Below are positions 16,327 to 20,716 of a DNA stretch of 20,716 nt, one piece after another. Position 1 is the stretch's first letter; every line of letters begins with the position of its first letter. A program made the translations under genes and the position numbers. Source of the stretch: Acidimicrobiia bacterium (GTDB lineage Bacteria > Actinomycetota > Acidimicrobiia > Spongiisociales > ZC4RG35); NCBI GenBank assembly GCA_965203555.1, contig CBDBCY010000003.1, positions 1 through 20,716 on the forward strand, given 5' to 3'. The notes beneath the pieces were generated by a model. That model worked only from the letters and a program-made list of their open reading frames with translations. It made no database searches and was not told where the DNA came from.

Positions 16327-17095
16327 TCCCTTGCTGATCGGAGCGCATCTGTCCAACAAGACGCCCCTGGCAGAAGCCAGGGCGATTGGGGCCGAAGCGA
16401 TCCAATTCTTTCTGTCGAACCCCCAAAGCTGGAAAAAGCCCCTTCCCAGAGACGACGCGGAGGAACTCGCATGCTCCCCGATCCCCATCTATGTACATGC
16501 ACCCTACCTGGTGAATGTGGTGGCCAAGGTGAGCAGGATACGGATTCCGAGCCGGCGGATCCTGGCCGAAACCTGCGAAGCAGCGTCGCAGATCGCGGCG
16601 GCGGGAGTGGTGGTTCACGGTGGTCATGTCACGGGGGGAGGCGATTTGAGGGAAGGCGCCAAACGGTGGCGCAAGGCACTGGTGCAACTCGACACCGATG
16701 TGCCGGTCTTGATCGAGAACACCGCCTCCGGCAACTTCGCCGCCGCCCGGCGACTGGATGACATCCGGCGACTGTGGGAGGAGATAGGCGACCTGGAGGT
16801 GGGTTTCGTGCTCGACACCTGTCACGCCTGGGCGGGGGGAGAACCTTTGGAGGGACTAGTGGAACGCATCCTGGCCGCAACCGGAAGAATCGACTTGGTG
16901 CACGCCAACAATTCCCGTGATCCTTTCAACTCGAGGAGGGATCGCCATGCCAATCTCAAGGATGGGGAAATCCCGTCGGAACTCCTGGCCGAAGTGGTCC
17001 GCGACGCCGCCGCCCCGGCAGTGGTGGAGACTCCCTCGGAAGGCCAGGAGGCGGACATCGTCTGGTTGAGAGACCAGCTGCTCAGCCACGGCTGA
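16319..17095 (+). CDS. nfo: Endonuclease IV (AP endonuclease family 2)
   Basis: IGAH, QFFLSNPQSW, VHAPYLVN, VVHGGH, LIENTA, LDTCHAW, VHANNS, DRHAN, VETP. SD GGAGGA. Confidence 0.93.
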   Translation: MPSPLLIGAHLSNKTPLAEARAIGAEAIQFFLSNPQSWKKPLPRDDAEELACSPIPIYVHAPYLVNVVAKVSRIRIPSRRILAETCEAASQIAAAGVVVHGGHVTGGGDLREGAKRWRKALVQLDTDVPVLIENTASGNFAAARRLDDIRRLWEEIGDLEVGFVLDTCHAWAGGEPLEGLVERILAATGRIDLVHANNSRDPFNSRRDRHANLKDGEIPSELLAEVVRDAAAPAVVETPSEGQEADIVWLRDQLLSHG

Positions 17096-17126
17096 TCATC
17101 GGAAAGTGCCCCGACCTGGCTCACCT

Positions 17127-17447
17127 CTAGCGGATAACTGACTTCGGCGTGGGGCGAAGCTGCGAGATCACCGAACGTTCCCGGTGGACCATCTTTACGA
17201 CGGCGGGCAGTATCTCCTCATTCCAGGTGTCACTTCCGTAAATCGTTTGGTAAATCCGTTCACGTTCCTCATCGGAGTCGAAACGCCGGATCCACACGTA
17301 ACCGTTGGGGTCTTCCTCATCTATGAACGATCCCACCACAACCACTCCGTGCGAGACCTGGAAGGGTATCAGCGTTTCGTCCATGTAACGCACGAACTCG
17401 TCGCGTCTTCCCGGTTTGCACTGGTACTGCCTCAACTCGAACAGCAT
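17127..17447 (-). CDS. NIPSNAP family protein
   Basis: MLFELRQYQCKPGRRDEF...GYVWIRRF...LRPTPKS. SD GGAGG before ATG 17447. Confidence 0.88.
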   Translation of the reverse strand: MLFELRQYQCKPGRRDEFVRYMDETLIPFQVSHGVVVVGSFIDEEDPNGYVWIRRFDSDEERERIYQTIYGSDTWNEEILPAVVKMVHRERSVISQLRPTPKSVIR

Positions 17448-17626
17448 GTGATCCTCCACTGTAAATGTCTTCTGCGCTCGGGTTTACCGAACCGTGGATG
17501 CCGATGGGATGGAACGTATCCTCCATTCCCACGGGCTCAGGGTACCAACAGTCTCCACCGGGATCATGCCGCCGCGGTTGTTCCCTCCTGACAAAACAGA
17601 ACCCGATAGCAGATATCATCAGAAGT

Positions 17627-17980
17627 ATGGATTTTTTGTTAGAGACACATTCAGGCCTGCGATGGCTGGTGCTGGCCGCCCTGATCGCCATGGTGGTGGT
17701 CGGGCTGGTCAAGTGGAGCAAGGACTCCTCCCATCACCCTGCCCTGGTGAGCGTTACTTCCATTCTGTTGGATGTGCAGGCGTTGCTGGGAATCATCCTG
17801 TTGGTCGTAAACGGGACTTGGGATGACCTTTTCCATCCCGTGGTGATGTTGATTGCCGTCACAGTGTTCAAGATCGGCAGGATCAGAACCTCACAGGTCG
17901 AAGAACCGGTACGGGGAAGGAGGCTCACGGCAGTCACCATCCTGACCCTGGTGGTGATCCTCCTCGGCATTTACCTGTAG
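17627..17980 (+). CDS. Small 4-TM hypothetical membrane protein
   Basis: MDFLLETHSGLRWLVL...DVQALLGIIL...FHPVVMLIAV. ATG 17627 lies 7 nt after TATCAT (17614-17619), probably leaderless. Confidence 0.78.
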   Translation: MDFLLETHSGLRWLVLAALIAMVVVGLVKWSKDSSHHPALVSVTSILLDVQALLGIILLVVNGTWDDLFHPVVMLIAVTVFKIGRIRTSQVEEPVRGRRLTAVTILTLVVILLGIYL

Positions 17981-18196
17981 CCGCTCTCGGTCCTCACCCA
18001 AAGTCGACGGTAGAGCGTATCGATAAACCTTCCGTCAATTCCCGGTAATGGACACCAAGCGGCGGCTTATTATTGGGAGCAGCCGGCCCCAGGGGGCGGT
18101 CGACTCGATTGCAGCGTGCTGACCCCCGCACCGGGCAACCCCAAACCTGAAGAGCCGATCCCCCAACCCTTGGCGGTGGGGAGAGAGGAGCAGAAT

Positions 18197-19057
18197 ATGG
18201 CAAAGGTGACTGTCCCAGTCATTCGAGCCCGCAAAGGCGTCGAAAAGATCGCCATGGTGACAGCCTATGACTTTCCCGGCGCCAAGCTGGCGTCGGAGGC
18301 GGGCATTGACATCATCCTGGTGGGAGATTCCGCCGCAAACGTCGTACACGGTTTCGAAACCACCCTTTCAATCAGTCTGGAAATGATGGTCTATCATGTG
18401 GCGGCCGTCGCCCGGGCCAAGCCCCATTCACTGGTGGTGGGTGACATGCCCTGGATGAGCTTTCACATTTCCCCCGAGGAAACGGTCCGCAACGCCGCCT
18501 CCCTGGTACGGGCGGGAGCCGAGGCTGTCAAGATCGAAGGGGGATCCGAGCGAATTCCTCACATCGAGAGGCTGCTGGCGGCAGAGATACCGGTGATGGG
18601 CCACTTGGGCCTGACCCCCCAGTCGATCCATGCCGAGGGCGGTTACCGGGTCCAGGGACGGCGACTCGACACGGCCCGAAAGATCATCCGTGAAGCCGAG
18701 GCCTTGGAGGAGGCCGGCATATTCGCCCTGGTTCTGGAAGGAGTGCCGGAAGCGTTGGCGTCGGTGGTCACCGAACGCCTCTCCACTCCCACCATCGGGA
18801 TCGGCGCCGGTCGTTCCGCGGATGGCCAGGTGCTGGTGTTCCACGACCTACTCGGCATGGGGTTCGGCCGCTATCCCAAGTTCGTGCGGCAATATGCCAA
18901 TCTCCGGGAAGTAGCCACCGATGCGCTGCGCCGCTTTCGCCACGACGTCAAGACCGGGAACTTTCCCGACCAGAAAGAGACATACCGGGTGGACTCCGGT
19001 CTCGAGGAAGCCCTGCTGGAGGAAACGCCTTCCACCGCAAAAGTCTTTTCCTTGTAG
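18197..19057 (+). CDS. panB: 3-methyl-2-oxobutanoate hydroxymethyltransferase
   Basis: MVTAYD, LVGDSAANVVHG, DMPWMSF, AVKIEGG, MGHLGLTPQS, IGIGAG..ADGQVLVFHDLLG. SD GAGGAG before ATG 18197. Confidence 0.97.
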   Translation: MAKVTVPVIRARKGVEKIAMVTAYDFPGAKLASEAGIDIILVGDSAANVVHGFETTLSISLEMMVYHVAAVARAKPHSLVVGDMPWMSFHISPEETVRNAASLVRAGAEAVKIEGGSERIPHIERLLAAEIPVMGHLGLTPQSIHAEGGYRVQGRRLDTARKIIREAEALEEAGIFALVLEGVPEALASVVTERLSTPTIGIGAGRSADGQVLVFHDLLGMGFGRYPKFVRQYANLREVATDALRRFRHDVKTGNFPDQKETYRVDSGLEEALLEETPSTAKVFSL

Positions 19058-19725
19058 TTTTCCTGGCTTTGGCGGCCTGGGCATGTGGGGAGGTCCGGGT
19101 CGCAGACGATGTGGGTGGCGGCGCCGTGTCCACGGACGCCAGCCACCCCGAGCCCCCGACCGGCGGTTCGCCGACGCCGTCCACCACTGCTGCCTCGCCG
19201 GTTACCACCACATCCTCGACCATGGCCCCGCCTGCCACAGACACCACTGCCGTCCCATCCACCACCACGTCTTCTTTCCCAGCTACCACAACCACCACCA
19301 TCACCATCACCCCGACAACCACCCGCCCAGACACGGGAGACGTAGAAGGATTCATGATCATCACCGCCCGGCTGGGCGAGCGGTCTCTGCTGCTGTCGTT
19401 GGCGGACACCACCGCCCTGCGCACCCGGGGTCTGATGGGAGTCGAATCGCTGGGCGATCTGGACGGGATGGTGTTTGCCTGGGAGGATCCCCTTCCCGTC
19501 TCGTTTTGGATGAAGAACACCCTGATACCGCTCGACATCGGATACTTTGACGAGGAAGGCGCTCTCTTCGCGGTGTTGGCGATGCTTCCCTGCACCCAGG
19601 ATCCCTGTCCCACCTACCCTTCGAAAAATCCAGTCCGTTACGCCCTGGAGGCGGCTCCCGGGTTCTTCGACGATGTCCATTTGGGAGAATCTCTGATGTT
19701 GGGCGAGACCGTCGCCTGGCCATAA
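19030..19725 (+). CDS. DUF192-domain probable lipoprotein with a Thr/Ser/Pro-rich linker (start unresolved)
   Basis: RTRGLMG, DGMVFAW, FWMKNTLIPLDIGYFD, YALE. In-frame signal-like FHRKSLFLVVFLALAAWAC begins at 19030; the first canonical start is TTG 19069. Confidence 0.8.
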   Translation, partial: FHRKSLFLVVFLALAAWACGEVRVADDVGGGAVSTDASHPEPPTGGSPTPSTTAASPVTTTSSTMAPPATDTTAVPSTTTSSFPATTTTTITITPTTTRPDTGDVEGFMIITARLGERSLLLSLADTTALRTRGLMGVESLGDLDGMVFAWEDPLPVSFWMKNTLIPLDIGYFDEEGALFAVLAMLPCTQDPCPTYPSKNPVRYALEAAPGFFDDVHLGESLMLGETVAWP

Positions 19726-19741
19726 GGGAGAAACGTCGGGA

Positions 19742-19769
19742 TTCATTAGGTTTCGGTCTCCGCTACAAT
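19742..19769 (+). promoter_or_regulatory. Housekeeping-sigma promoter of rpsF-ssb-rpsR
   Basis: TTCATT (19742-19747), 16-nt spacer, TACAAT (19764-19769). Confidence 0.55.
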
Positions 19770-19800
19770 GGTGTTTCGAAACCCCCCAAATGCGCTTAGC

Positions 19801-19860
19801 GCCTGTCCTGCCCCAGAGAAGGGGCCTTCTGCGTTTGAGGCAGATGACCAAAGGAGGTGA
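19801..19860 (+). ncRNA. Ribosomal S6:S18-type leader (autoregulatory)
   Basis: TCCT-GCCCC-AGAGAA-GGGGC-CT...GACCA-AAGGAGGTGA: anti-SD TCCT, a hairpin, and an SD preceded by GACCA, directly before rpsF. Confidence 0.7.
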
Positions 19861-19867
19861 CGCGAAA

Positions 19868-20155
19868 TTGCGTCAGTATGAGCTAATGACCATCCATCGC
19901 CCGGAGATGTCCGAGGCCCAATACCGAGACAAGGTTTCGGAATTGGAGGAGTTCCTCACCAATCAGGGAGCCGTCAACCAAGCCATTGATCCGTGGGGAA
20001 AAAGGCGGTTGGCGTACAAAATCGAACATGTCTCCGAGGGTTACTACACCGTCATCCGGTTCGAATCGGAACCGCTGACCGTGGACTCCTTGAGGCGAGT
20101 GCTGTCTTTGGCCGACGACGTGCTCCGTCACAAAGTCATACGTCCTGAGATTTGA
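19868..20155 (+). CDS. rpsF: 30S ribosomal protein S6
   Basis: MRQYELMTIHRP...WGKRRLAYKI...EGYY...VLRHKVIR. TTG start 7 nt after AAGGAGGTGA. Confidence 0.96.
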   Translation: MRQYELMTIHRPEMSEAQYRDKVSELEEFLTNQGAVNQAIDPWGKRRLAYKIEHVSEGYYTVIRFESEPLTVDSLRRVLSLADDVLRHKVIRPEI

Positions 20156-20190
20156 GTCGGGTCCCATGAGCAACGAGAGGAAGAACAGAG

Positions 20191-20650
20191 ATGGCCTATA
20201 ACTCCGTAACATTGGTAGGCAACCTCGTGGAGGATCCGGAACTGCGGTTCACGGCCTCGGGAATACCGCGGGCCAATATCCGCATAGCAGTCAGCCACCG
20301 GTGGCGGGACCCCAATAACGAGTGGCAGGAAGAAACCAGCTTCTTCAGCGGAACCGTCTGGCGTCAATACGCCGAGAACGTGGCCGAGTCGCTGGAGAAA
20401 GGCCTCCAGGGTGATTGTGACCGGCCGCCTCCAGCAACGCAGCTGGGAAACCCAGGAAGGGGAGAGGCGATCCATTGTCGAAGTGCGGATCGATGAGATC
20501 GGACCGTCGCTCAGATGGGCCACCGCTGATGTGAGAAGAACCACTCGCGAATCGGGCGGCGGCTACTTCGAGGCGTCGCAGCGGCGCTCCCGGCCGCCCG
20601 CCGCTCCGTCCCGGCCCACCAGCTACAAAAGCGACGAAGAGCCTTTCTAG
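20191..20650 (+). CDS. ssb: Single-stranded DNA-binding protein with an apparent one-base frameshift at 20403-20404
   Basis: NSVTLVGNL..DPELRFT.SG...AENVAESLEKG in one frame, and SRVIVTGRLQQRSWETQEGERRS...DEIGPSLRWATA...SDEEPF in the next. Canonical position between rpsF and rpsR. Confidence 0.93.
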
Positions 20651-20662
20651 GAGAGAAGCGGT

Positions 20663-20716
20663 ATGGCACGCAAATCTTCACCTCGCAGACGTCCCCGTTC
20701 GGGATCGAGTTATCGC
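20663..20716 (+). CDS. rpsR: Probable 30S ribosomal protein S18, N-terminus (truncated by window end)
   Basis: AGGAGA then ATG; basic MARKSSPRRRPRSGSSYR. Called mainly from rpsF-ssb-rpsR synteny. Confidence 0.7.
   Translation, partial: MARKSSPRRRPRSGSSYR

Noticed and set aside
18110-18185. SAM-IV-like riboswitch (GGCAACCC and GCGGTGGGG fragments)
   Set aside because: Other core elements and P1 pairing are missing and the spacing does not fit.
19150-19330. ACC-rich DNA repeat array
   Set aside because: Explained by Thr codons of a low-complexity lipoprotein linker.

Overview
GC-rich, gene-dense chromosomal window, most likely from an actinobacterium, probably Acidimicrobiia-like (inferred from the SSB and endonuclease IV types, an Rv1086-like cis-prenyltransferase, the rpsF leader and many apparently leaderless genes). 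Housekeeping genes are dnaX, a dGTPase-like HD protein, pepP, a uppS-like gene, nfo, panB and rpsF-ssb-rpsR. Accessory genes are interspersed: a Fic C-terminus, a nitroreductase divergent from a LinB/DhaA-type haloalkane dehalogenase, a YgjP/M48 protein, an EEP protein, AtuA, a lone AAA_14/DUF4143 ATPase-nuclease behind a very AT-rich patch, and an ABC-2 exporter. I found no rRNA, tRNA, CRISPR array or transposase, and I cannot support a clear-cut new multi-gene system. The best leads are: a hidden 71-aa minus-strand gene split by a one-base frameshift (3520-3736); overlapping back-to-back -10 boxes for dnaX and the dGTPase; a lipoprotein whose signal peptide and SD lead to TTC rather than a start codon; a frameshifted ssb that suggests indel errors; the solo ATPase-nuclease; and structured leaders before panB and rpsF. 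All family calls come from motif recognition by eye, not database searches.
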